Origin: an uncultured delta proteobacterium
GTDB taxonomy: Bacteria > Myxococcota_A > UBA9160 > SMWR01
Reading direction: 5' to 3'
Assembly (NCBI GenBank): GCA_963832165.1
Contig: CAWHTE010000004.1
Location: 480,001 to 544,000 of the forward strand
Length of the DNA: 64,000 nt
Made by a program: the position numbers and the translations under genes. The notes beneath the pieces are model-generated. The model did not search any database. It was not told where the DNA came from and was given only the letters and a program-made list of their open reading frames with translations. Positions 42,926 to 53,573 of the stretch are shown here, in pieces. Every line of letters starts with the position of its first letter. Position 1 is the stretch's first letter.

Positions 42926-45900
42926 ATGCGCGCGCAGCTATTGCGGTTCTTGGCACTTGGGTCGTGTCTGGTCTGGGGCTCTGATCGATCGCGGATCCGA
43001 CCGGGAACGAGAACTGGCTCGCACGCGCCCAGGAGCAGCTCGCGGCGCGCGAGTACCGCGCAAGCGAGAACGGGCAGGGCCTGCAGGCGCCCAACCGCAC
43101 GCACAACCTGCGCACGTACTTCGAGAAGACCGGAATCCGCGTGCACGATCGCACCAGTGCGGGCAGCCCGGAGCTGATGCGTCTCTCACTCGCGGGTGTC
43201 GGACGCGGCGAGGATCTCGCGCCGGCGGCGCCCGGAGAGCGGGTGACCGCCGACGGCAGCCGGGTCGAGATCCATCGGCCTGGTCTGATCGAGTGGTACG
43301 TCAACGCGCCCGAAGGCCTCGAGCAGGGCTTCACGTTCGCCGAGCGACCGAAGGGCGACGGCCCGCTCGTCGTGGAGATCGAGGTTGCGGGCGCGCGCGC
43401 TGACGCTGCTCGGCGATGCGGTGATCTTCGAGACGGAGGCCCAGCGAAAGCTCCGCTACGGCGAGCTGGTCGCCAACGACGCGGAGGACGAGCATTCTGC
43501 CCGCGCACCTCGAGATCGCCAGTACGGATCAGCTGCGAATCGTCGTCGACGATGCCGGCGCGACCTACCCGATCGTGATCGATCCGCTGCTGACCGAGAC
43601 GGAGGACGCGATCGTCTTCACGGCCCAGGGGGCCTCGTCGTTCGGGTTCAGCGCGGCCAACGCCGGCGACGTGAACGGCGACGGTTATGCCGACGTGATC
43701 GTCGGCGCCATCGCGTACGACGACGACCAGTCCAACGAAGGCGCCGTGTTCGTGTACCACGGCAGCGCGTCGGGAATCGATACCGGTGTGGGCACCGAGA
43801 ACGCGATGCTCACGTCGGATGTGAACGGTGGCATCGGCTTCGGCGTCAGCATCGCGGGCGCCGGGGACGTGAACGGCGATGGTTATGCGGACGTGATCGT
43901 CGGCGCGACGGCCGGGAACGCGTCCTATGTGTTTCACGGAAGCGCGACGGGGATCGTAGGTACGAATCCGGCGTCGGCGGCAGCGCAGCTCACGTGTACG
44001 GTGGCGGGTGAGTCATTCGGAATCAGCGTCGCGGGGGCCGGCGACACCAATGCCGACGGCTACGACGACGTCATCGTGGGTGCCTGGGTCTACGACAACG
44101 GTCAGATCAACGAGGGCGCCGTGTTCGTATTCCGGGGCAGTGCGTCCGGGGTGGGGACGCGGACGCAGCTGCTCGCCAATCAGATGCTCGAGTCGAATCA
44201 GGCCACGGCGGCGTTTGGGATCAGCGTGGCGGGCGCGGGCGACGTGAACAGCGACGGCTATGCCGACGTGATCGTCGGTTCGCAGTGGTGGGAGGCCGGC
44301 CCGCTGCCGTCGCCGCAGACGGAGGGCGCCGCATTCGTCTACCACGGTGGTCCCGGTGCCCTGGTGCTCGACGCGACGGTTCGCGGCGGTCAGGCCAACA
44401 TGTGGCTCGGCAGGAGCGTTGCGGGCGCGGGCGACGTGAACGGCGACGGCTTTGCCGACGTGATTGCGGGCGCCCCGAACTTCGACTTCCCCAATGTTCC
44501 CGGCGCCGAAGGCGGCGCATGGGTGTTCTACGGCGGCCCCAATGGCATCGTGAACCAGGTCGCCAGCGCCGCGTTTCCGGTGCTGATCGGAGACGAGGAG
44601 CCGAACGCGCAGTTCGGCAATCGCGTGGCGGGGGCCGGCGACGTGAACGGCGACGGCTACGCCGACGTGACCGCGGCGGCTCCGTTCGACGACGACGCGA
44701 ACCCCGATGAAGGCGCGGTGTTCGTGTATCTCGGGACACCATTGGGAATCTCCGGAGTGCCGTTTGCGAGGGTCGACGGCAACCAGGGGAGCCCGGACTT
44801 CGGCTCGGGACTGGCCGGAGCCGGCGACGTGAACGGCGACGGCTATGCGGACGTGATCGTGGGCGCATCGGTGTTCGACGCGGGCGCTATCAACGACGGC
44901 GCGGCGTTCGTCTACCACGGCGGCGGGTCGGGCCTCGGGTTCGCGAACGTCGTCAGTCCAGGATCCCTCCTCAACCCGGGGGTGAGCAATTCAGACTTCG
45001 GTAGAAGCGTGTCCTCCGCGGACGTGAATGGCGACGGCCATGCCGATGTGATCGTGGGCGATCCCGGCTACGACAACGGCCAGACCGATGAGGGCGCGGC
45101 GTTCGTCTGGCACGGAAGTGCCTCCGGGATCAACGAGCCCGCCGTCGACACGTTGCTGCAGTCCAATCAGTCTGGCGCGTTGTTTGGCAAGAGCGTGTCA
45201 GGCGCCGGGGACGTGAACGGTGATGGCTATGCCGATCTGATCGTTGGCGCGGAGAGCTACGACGCGTTTCCGCCGTTTCAGAATGAGGGCACGGCCTTCG
45301 TGTTCATGGGCAGCGCGTCCGGCATCGCGGATGGCAATCCCACTACCGCCAACGCGCGGATCATCGGGGACTCAACTAACGATTATATCGGCACGAGCGT
45401 CGCGTCGGCTGGCGACGTGAATGGTGACGGCTACGGCGATGTGATCGTCGGCGCTGAATTCTTCGGGGTGAACGACGAGGGCGCTGCGTTCGTCTTCCAC
45501 GGCAGTGCATCGGGGATGTCGAATGTCAGTCCCTACTACGCGGGGACGCACGGGGGGACGCATCTCGTTTCGGACCAGATTGCGCGTATGGGTCATAGCG
45601 TGGCTGGGGCGGGCGACGTGAACGGCGACGGCTACGGCGACGTGCTCGTGGGCGCTCCCGACTACGATTCGCCGGAGGCGGATGGAGGCGCGGCCTTCGT
45701 GTTTCTCGGCAGCGCGTCGGGGATCCCGTATTCGACCCCGACGACAGCGGCGACCCGGCTCGTGTCGAATGCCGCGTCCACGCGGCTGGGCTGGAGCGTG
45801 AGTGGGGCGGGCGATGTCAACGGGGACCGCTACGGCGACGTGATCGTAGGCCGCGAAGGCTTTCTCGGCGCTGCGTACGTATTCCACGGCAGCGCGACGG

Positions 45901-46758
45901 GCATCGCCGACGCAAACGCTGCGACAGCGGCGACGCAGCTCGAGTCTTCCGAGTTTACGTTCGGCGAGAGCGTGTCGGGTGCCGGGGACGTGAACGGGGA
46001 TGGCTACGGCGACGTGGTCGTGGGCGCGCCGTCCTACTTCATCGATGCGGACAGCGAGGGCGTGGCATTCGTGTTCCATGGGAGCGCGTCGGGCATCGCG
46101 AGCGGACACCCTCAGACTGCGGCAACGCGGATCTACGGAAACAACCTGGACGGATTGGCAGCCAGCGTGAGTGCGGGCGACGTCGAACGGTGACGGCATT
46201 CCCGACGTGATCATGGGAAGGCCGGCGAGCTTTGGCCATGCGTCCGTCTTCCTACACTCTTCGCCCGATCGACCCGTCCTCGCGCGCCAGCGGCGCGGCG
46301 ACGGCAGCGGCATCCCAGTGCAGCCTTGGGGGGGGGCGGTGTCCGCGACGAGCTTCGCGGCCGAGCTCCGGGGCAGCCACCCGGCGGGCACCGGCCGCGT
46401 GCGGGGCGAGTTCGAGGCGTGTCCGGCCGGCGTGCCGTTCGGCAGCGGCAGCTGCACGACCGCGCTCTCGCCGGCCTGGGAGGCGCTAGGCGCGTTTCTT
46501 GCTCCCGATATTCTTCTGCCTCACATGTTCAATGCCCTCACGAGCAACAAGCTCTATCGCTGGCGCGCGCGTGTGCAGTACGCGTCGTCGACTGGCACAC
46601 CCTCCCCGAATCCCGCACACGGCCCCTGGCGCAGGCTCGGCGCGCAATCGGTGGAAGCCGACATCCGGCTGCCCGAGCCTGGAATTGTGCTTGCGCTCGT
46701 AAGCGGAGCCGCGCTGCTCGCCGTGCTCGCGCGTCGCCGGAGCCGACCTGTTCAGTAG
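42926..46758 (+). CDS. FG-GAP repeat surface protein 3; 14 repeats; PEP-CTERM-type tail (about 4 frameshifts)
   Basis: Pieces in ORFs 42905, 43141, 43385, 43575 and 46171 rebuild the same architecture; ends LPEPGIVLALVSGAALLAVLARRRSRPVQ. Confidence 0.88.
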
Positions 46759-46771
46759 GCGAGGCTCAGCG

Positions 46772-49700
46772 ATGCGCGCGTGGCTGGTTGCAGTTGGGGT
46801 GGCCGCCGCGTGTCTGGGCCTCGGCCGCGCACAGCCGGATCGCGCGGAGCCGGGCTCGGGCGACGACTGGCTCGAGCGCGCGCAACGTCACCTCGCCGAG
46901 CGTGAGTATCACGCCACCGACAACGGGCAGGGCCTCCAGGCGCCCAACCGCGCGCACAACCTGCGCACCTACTTCGAGAAGACCGGCATCCGCGTGCACG
47001 ATCGCACGGCGGGCGGCAGCCCCGAGCTGTTGCAGCTCTCGCTCGCGGCGGTCGGACGCGGCGAATCGCTCGAGGCGGTCGCGCCCGGCACGCCGACCGC
47101 GCAGAAGGGACCGCGTCGAGATCCGGCGCTCCGAGATCGTCGAGTGGTACGTGAACTCCGCGGCCGGACTCGAGCAGGGCTTCACGCTCGCCGAGCGCCC
47201 GAAAGGCGAGGGCCCGCTCGTCGTGGAGCTCGCGGTCGCGGGTGCGCGGCCTGCGCTGCACGGCGATGCGGTGATCTTCGAGACCGGCGCGCAGCGCAAG
47301 CTCCGCTACGGCGAGCTGATCGCGAACGACGCGGATGGCGACGTTCTCGCCGCGCACCTCGAGATCGCCAATACCGACCAGCTCCGGATCGTCGTCGACG
47401 ACGCGGACGCGACCTATCCGATCGTGATCGATCCGCTGCTCACCGAGACCGCGGACACCCAGCTCGAGGGAGACCAGTCGACGGCACGACTCGGGCGACG
47501 GCGTCGCCTCGGCCGGCGACGTGAACGGCGACGGCTACGCCGACGTGATCGTCGGCGCGCGGCTCTACGACGCCGGGCTGACCGACGAGGGCGCCGCATT
47601 CGTGTTTCTCGGAAGCGCTTCCGGAGTCGCGGACGGCAGTCCATCGACGCCCGGCGTGACGGTGCTCGATTCGAATCAGCAGGCGTCCGACTTCGGTCGG
47701 AGCGTCGCGGGTGCGGGCGACGTGAACGGCGATGGCTACGGCGACGTGATCGTCGGGGCGAACGCCTACGACGCCGGGCTAGGTGCCGCCGGGCGCGGCA
47801 TTCGTGTTTCTGGGCAGCGCCTCGGGGATCGCGAATGCGGATCCGTCGACCCCCGGCGTCGCGCAGCTCGACTCGGACCAGGCGAGCGCACAGCTGGGCC
47901 AGAGCGTCGCGGGAGCGGGCGACGTGAACGGCGACGGCTATGCCGACGTGATCGTGGGCGCCCACTTCTACAACGCCGGCGACGCAGCGGAGGGCGCCGC
48001 GTTCCTGTTCCTGGGCAGCGCGACGGGGATCGCGGACACCACCGCCGCGTCGGCGGCCGCGCGGTTCGAGTCGAATCAGGCGAATGCACTGCTGGGGATC
48101 AGCGTGGCGGGCGCCGGAGACGTGAACGGCGACGGCTTCTCCGACGTGGTCGTGGGCAGCGAGAACTACGGCGGCGGCCAGAGCAACGAAGGGGCGGCAT
48201 TCGTCTTCCACGGCAGCGCATCGGGGATCGCCAACGGGAATCCGGGCACCGCGGAGACCCAGCTCGAGGCGAACCAGGCGACCGCGCTGCTCGGCAGCAG
48301 CGTCGCGAGCGCGGGCGACGTGAACGGGGACGGCTATGCCGACGTGATCGTCGGCGCGCGGCTCTACGACGCGGGAACGGCGGACGAGGGCGCGGCGTTC
48401 GTCTTCCTGGGCAGCGCGACGGGAGTGGCCGACGGCAATCCGGTCACGGCCGCCGCTCAGCTCGAATCCAATCAGGGGACCTCGCAGTTCGGGTCCAGCG
48501 TCTCGGGCGCGGGCGATACGAACGGCGACGGCTATGCCGACGTGATCGTGCGGCGCCTATCAGTACGACGCGGGCCAGACCGACGAGGGCGCCGCGTTCG
48601 TGTTCCGGGGCAGTGCATCCGGAGTCGCCGATGGCAATCCCGCGACCGCGGCAGCCCAGCTCGAGTCGAATCAAGCCAGCGCGCGCATGGGCTACCGCGT
48701 GGCGGCCGCCGGAGATGTGAACGGCGACGGCTACGGCGACGTGATCGCGAGCAGCCATTTCTACGACGGCGGGACCTCCGACGAGGGCGCCGTGTTCGTC
48801 TACCACGGCGGCGCGGCGGGGATCGCCGACAGCGATCCGATCTCCGCGGCAACCCGGCTTCTGTCGCTCCAGGCGAACGGGGAACTCGGCCACAGCGTCG
48901 CCGGGGCGGGCGACGTGAACGGGGACGGCTATGCCGACGTGATCGCGGGTGCGCAGCTCTACGACGCGGGACAGGCGGACGAGGGCGCCGCATTCCTGTT
49001 CCTCGGCAGTGCGTCCGGAATCGGTGACGGGGACCCCTCGACCGCGGCAGCGCAGCTCGAGTCGAACCAGGTCGGCGCGAATCTCGGCTACAGCGTGGCC
49101 GGGGCGGGCGACGTGAACGGGGACGGCTATAGCGACGTGATCGTCGGCGCCCGCTACTACGACGGGCCCGATGTGGACGAGGGCGCGGCGTTCGTGTTCC
49201 TGGGCAGCGCGTCGGGGATCGCGGACGGCAATCCCGCGACGGCGGCGACCCGGCTCGAGTCGAACCAGGCGAACGCGCAGTTCGGCGTCAGCGTCAACGG
49301 CGCAGGCGACGTGAACGGGGACGGCCATGCCGACGTGATCGTGAGCGCCAGCTACTACGATGCGCCCGAGTTCGACGAAGGCGCAGCGTTCGTGTTCCTC
49401 GGCAGTGCATCGGGGATTCCCAATGGCAACCCCGCGACGGCCGCAACCCAGCTCGAGTCGAACCAGGCGAGTTCGGTTTTTGGTTGCAGCGTCGCTTCGG
49501 CGGGCGACGTGAATGGGGACGGCTACGGGGACGTGATCGTGGGCGCCTTTCAGTACGCCGCGGGTCAGACGGACGAGGGCGGGGCATTCGTATTTCTGGG
49601 CAGTGCGTCGGGAGTCGCGAACAGCAATATCGCGACGGCGGCGACCCGGCTCCAATCCGATCAGGCGACCGCGGAGTTCGGCCACAGCGTGGCAGGGATG

Positions 49701-50747
49701 GACGTGAACGGCGACGGCTATTCCGACGTGATCGCGGGCGCCTTTCACTATGACGCCGGCCAGACGGACGAGGGCGTGGCGTTCGTGTTCCTCGGCAGTG
49801 CGTCGGGGATCGCCGATGGGAATCCCGCGACGGCGGCGACGCAGCTCGAATCGGATCAGCCGAACGCGAGCCTCGGCAAGAGCGTGGCCGGCGCGGGCGA
49901 CGTAAATGGGGACGGCTACGCCGATGTGATCGTGGGCGCCTGGGAGTACGACGCGGGCGGGGGCATCCGCCACGGCGCCGCGCTGGTGTTTCTGGGAAGC
50001 GCGTCGGGAATAGCCGACGGCACGTTCGGTAGTGCGGCGGCTCGGCTCGTCTCGAACCTCGAGGACGCGAAGCTCGGCAGGAGCGTGGCCGGCGCGGGCG
50101 ACGTGAACGGCGACGGCTACGCCGACGTAATCGTAGGTGCGCCGCACTACGGCTGGTCTACCGAGGGCGCGGCGTTCCTGTTCCTCGGCAACGGCTCCGG
50201 CCGACCCGTGCTCGCGCGCCAGCGGCGCGGCGATGGCAGCGGGACTCCGGTGCAACCGTTCGGGCTCTCGCACGCCGCGGGATTCACTGCCGAGCTGCGC
50301 GCGAGCCATCCGGCGGGTCGCGGCCGCGTAAAGGCCGAGCTGCAGGCATGCCCTCCTGCCGTCGCGTTCGGAAACGGGAGCTGTACGACGCTCTTCTCGC
50401 CGAGCTGGGTGACCGTGAACGGCGCGACGCCCGACGTGCTGCTCTCGAACACGTTCGCCGGGCTCACGAACAACACGCTCTACCGCTGGCGCGCGCGCGT
50501 GCTGCACGCGCCGTCGACGGGAACGATTCCGGTGAACCCCACGCACGGCCCGTGGCGTCGCTACCAGGCGCAGTCGGTCGATGCCGACGTGCGCGTGCTG
50601 CCCGAGCCGGGCTTCGTGCTCTCGCTCGCGTGCGGCGTCGTGCTGCTCGCCGCGCTCGCCCTCAGGCGCCGAGGTCCTGTCCACCCGATCGGATCAGCTT
50701 CTCGAGACGTGCGAGGCGAGGACCCTCGGGGCCGTCGATCTTCGTGA
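46772..50747 (+). CDS. FG-GAP repeat surface protein 4; 14 repeats; PEP-CTERM-type tail (about 4 frameshifts)
   Basis: Pieces in ORFs 46772, 46326, 47521, 47783 and 48600; tail VLPEPGFVLSLACGVVLLAALALRRRG... Confidence 0.88.
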
Positions 50748-51228
50748 GCCAGCCGCGGATGTAGTCGTAGTCGAGCGGCGCGTCGCTGGCGTAGAGAATG
50801 CCGGCGATGTCGCGCCAGTCCTTGTCGCGGCCGAACGTCGCCTTGTAGGTGATCAGGTCTTCGGCGGAGAGGATATGGATCGGATCGCCGTAGAAGTCGA
50901 CGCGTCGGCGGCGTTCCATCGAGCTCATGTGCAGCGGGTCGTAGGCGAAGAACAGGTCGATCGGCGTCTCCTCCCAGAACACGCGCACCTGCTCGTCGCG
51001 CGTGACCTGCTTCAACAATCTCGGGTGGGTCACGGCGGCTCCGAGTTCACGCAGCACTGCGAACACACGCGGCGCTTCCGCGGCCGGCAGGAACACGTTG
51101 AGGTCGATGTCGTGGGTGGCCCGCACGCTGCCGTAGTAGCCGAGCGCCTGGGCACCGCCGAAGGCGTGGGGAATTTCGGCGTCGATGAAGGCGCGCTCGA
51201 TCGCGACGATCTGCTCGTCGAGCAGCAT
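50662..51228 (-). CDS. nucleotidyltransferase-superfamily protein (AbiEii/DUF6036-like, putative toxin)
   Basis: FGGAQALGYYGSVRATHDIDL, PIDLFF and LSAEDLITYKATFGRDKDWRDI motifs. Confidence 0.75.
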   Translation of the reverse strand: MLLDEQIVAIERAFIDAEIPHAFGGAQALGYYGSVRATHDIDLNVFLPAAEAPRVFAVLRELGAAVTHPRLLKQVTRDEQVRVFWEETPIDLFFAYDPLHMSSMERRRRVDFYGDPIHILSAEDLITYKATFGRDKDWRDIAGILYASDAPLDYDYIRGWLTKIDGPEGPRLARLEKLIRSGGQDLGA

Positions 51229-51241
51229 GAGATCAACTCTC

Positions 51242-51338
51242 GTAGGGCGGATCAGCCCGAAGGGCGTGATCCGCCATTCCGGCGAGCGCGATGGTGGAAT
51301 GGCGGATTACGCTCGCTTCGCTCGCTAATCCGCCCTAC
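51242..51338. repeat. REP doublet of a second class (GTAGGGCGGAT...)
   Basis: GTAGGGCGGATCAGC...GATCCGCC plus inverted GGCGGATTA...TAATCCGCCCTAC. Confidence 0.85.
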
Positions 51339-51830
51339 GAGAGCTTCGGAGCTGAAGCGCGGAAAGCGCAGGTCGGGCAGGGCGCGCCGCGGGCCGCGCG
51401 AGCGTGCGACGCGGCTGCCGGCGCGGAGCAGACCCCGCAGCGCCTTGCCGCGGCTGGCCTCCGACCGGCCAACCCAGTCGGCCGCTTCGGCGAGATGCTC
51501 GGGCAGCGGGCGCTCCTCGATCGGGGCGAGCGCTTCCTTGAGCAGCGCGGCCAGGCTGGGGTCGAGCGGCTGGCCCGAACGGAGCTCGCCTAGCAGACGC
51601 CGGGCCGCCGAGTGTCTTCGCTCCAGGCTCACCGCGATCCCGCGCGCACGCGCTCGCGCGACGACCTGGCTCGCATCGAAGGGCCGCTGCGCGCGAGTGG
51701 CCGCCTCGTCGAGGATCTCCGCGGTGAGCACGTGCTTGAAGCGCGCGAGCGTGAACTGGCGCGGGCCACGATCGGTGGTCCGGCACTCGCGGATCTCGCA
51801 GAGCTCGCCCTGTTCGCGGATCGAGGCCAA
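51252..51830 (-). CDS. hypothetical protein, putative antitoxin/partner of the nucleotidyltransferase (start uncertain)
   Basis: Co-oriented directly upstream; RGKALRGLL...LRFPRF near the C-terminus, then reads through the REP doublet. Confidence 0.5.
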   Translation of the reverse strand: MASIREQGELCEIRECRTTDRGPRQFTLARFKHVLTAEILDEAATRAQRPFDASQVVARARARGIAVSLERRHSAARRLLGELRSGQPLDPSLAALLKEALAPIEERPLPEHLAEAADWVGRSEASRGKALRGLLRAGSRVARSRGPRRALPDLRFPRFSSEALVGRISERSERNPPFHHRARRNGGSRPSG

Positions 51831-51839
51831 TCGGGACTC

Positions 51840-51858
51840 CAGTACTATTCAGTACTAT
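51840..51858. promoter_or_regulatory. tandem CAGTACTAT repeat (10-bp period, AGTACT palindromes); possible operator
   Basis: CAGTACTAT-T-CAGTACTAT directly upstream of the putative antitoxin. Confidence 0.45.
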
Positions 51859-52093
51859 CGGTCGGAGCTGCGCGGGCCGCAACCAGCCTCGATCCAGGGC
51901 GGAGGCGGGGCCACGGCAAAACAAGGAGTTGCGAGTGATGTTGCGCGTAGCCCTTCGCGTTCCCCGCCGGAGCGCGCGCACCGGAGCGATCGCGGCGTAA
52001 TGCTCCCGCAGGGACACGCCAGGATCGCTTCAGGCGCGCGATCTCGCTCCGGCTGCGCCCGGGGATTGCCCCTGATACAACCCCTTCCGAGTC

Positions 52094-53402
52094 ATGGGCG
52101 ACCTCGGATTCCGGATCAACGACGCCGACAACCACTTCCTCGAGCCCGAGGACATGTACGAGCGCTACATCGACCCGAAGCATCGGGCGAAGGCGGTGCG
52201 CTTCGTGCGCGACGACTCGGGCCGGCGCGTGCAGATGTACGGGGAGCGCCCCTCGAAGCTCGCGTTCACGCGCGAGTCCGCGCCGCAGACGCGCGAAGAG
52301 ATCGAGCGGCTCGCTGCCAGCGCGGCGCCGCAGAGCGGCGACGAGAGCCAGGCGAAGCCCGGCGACGGCGGGGCGCGCGCGCCCGGGATGTTCCTGAACC
52401 GGCTCAATCCATACCGCGGCTTGAACGAGGAACAGCGCAGGGCGCTCATGGAGGAGTTCGCGGCGCAGCAGGTGGCCTGGGGCGACCGCGACCTGCGCTT
52501 GAAGCTCATGGACGAGCAGGGGATCCACGCGGCGATCCTGTACCCGGGCCACGTGCTGAACCTCGAGTACGAGTTCGCCGACGACGTCGACGCGATCTAC
52601 GCCAACGCGCGCGCGTACAACCGCTGGATTCATGACGAAGTCGGCTACGCGCACGAAGGGCGCATGTTCCTGCCGCCCTATCTCTCGCTCGCGGACGTCG
52701 ACCTCGCGGTCGACGAGCTCGAGCGCGTGCTCGCGGAGGGCGCGCCGCTCGTCGAGGTGATCACGGGCCACGCGCACGGCGGCCGCGCGAACCCCGGCGG
52801 CGGCCGCTCGCTCGCCGATCCGATCTTCGACCCGTTCTGGGCGCGCGTGAACGAGGCGCGCGTGCGCGTGTGCACGCACGTCGGTCCCACGGACTATCAG
52901 AAGTACGGCGCGGATTTCAGCGAAGACCCCGACGCGGTGCTGCGCGACTTCGACGCGTTCCAGTGGGCCCTTTACTGGGGCGACCGGCCCGCGATGGACA
53001 CGGTCGCGTCGCTGATCTTCCACGACTTCTTCGGCCGCTTCCCGAACGTGCGCGTGTGTCTCTCGGAGCAGGGCACGGTGTGGCTGCCGTATCTCCTGCG
53101 CAAGCTCGACGCCACCTATCACCTGGGCCGGCCCGCGCGCTTCGGCAAGCTCGACCGCAAGCCTTCGCGAGATCTTCCGCGCGCACTTCGTGGTGGCGCC
53201 GTTTCCCGAGGAGAACGTCGCGCGCGTGGTCGACGAGGTCGGGATCGAGCCGATCGTGTTCGGCTCCGACTTCCCGCACGCGGAGGGGCTCGCATTCCCG
53301 GGCGATTACGTCGCCGCGCAGCTGGGCGGCTTCACGGAGCCCCAGGTGCTCGCGATCATGCGCGACAATCTCGCGGGGTTTCTGGGAATCGCATCCGAGT
53401 AG
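52094..53402 (+). CDS. amidohydrolase_2 family protein (frameshift near 53165)
   Basis: DADNHFLEP, MDEQGIHAAILYP, YNRWI, DPFWA and VFGSDFPHAEG motifs. Confidence 0.88.
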
Positions 53403-53530
53403 GGCGGGAGAGCGAAGCGATCCCGCCATTGCAACCGCGGCTATGGCGGGATCCGCCTTCGGCTCCTCCCGCCCTACGAAGACAGGAGACTCGTAGGGCG
53501 GGAAAGCGAGCGAAGCGAGCGCATCCCGCC
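53399..53530. repeat. REP cluster (doublet 53399-53477 plus single REP 53493-53530)
   Basis: GTAGGGCGGGAGAGCGAAGCGATCCCGCC / GGCGGGATCCGCCTTCGGCTCCTCCCGCCCTAC / GTAGGGCGGGAAAGC...ATCCCGCC. Confidence 0.9.
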
Positions 53531-53573
53531 ATTCCAGCCGTTGCGTACAATGCAAGCGAGGCAGGAGGGGATC

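Noticed and set aside
42903..48600. Programmed frameshifting or phase variation in FG-GAP genes 3 and 4
   Set aside because: The shifts are not at long homopolymer or simple-repeat tracts and resemble the background indel errors. Reads would be needed to exclude real inactivation.
34335..50747. Diversity-generating retroelement or invertase shufflon acting on the FG-GAP genes
   Set aside because: No reverse transcriptase or recombinase in the window, no adenine-specific TR/VR pair seen, and all copies are co-oriented.
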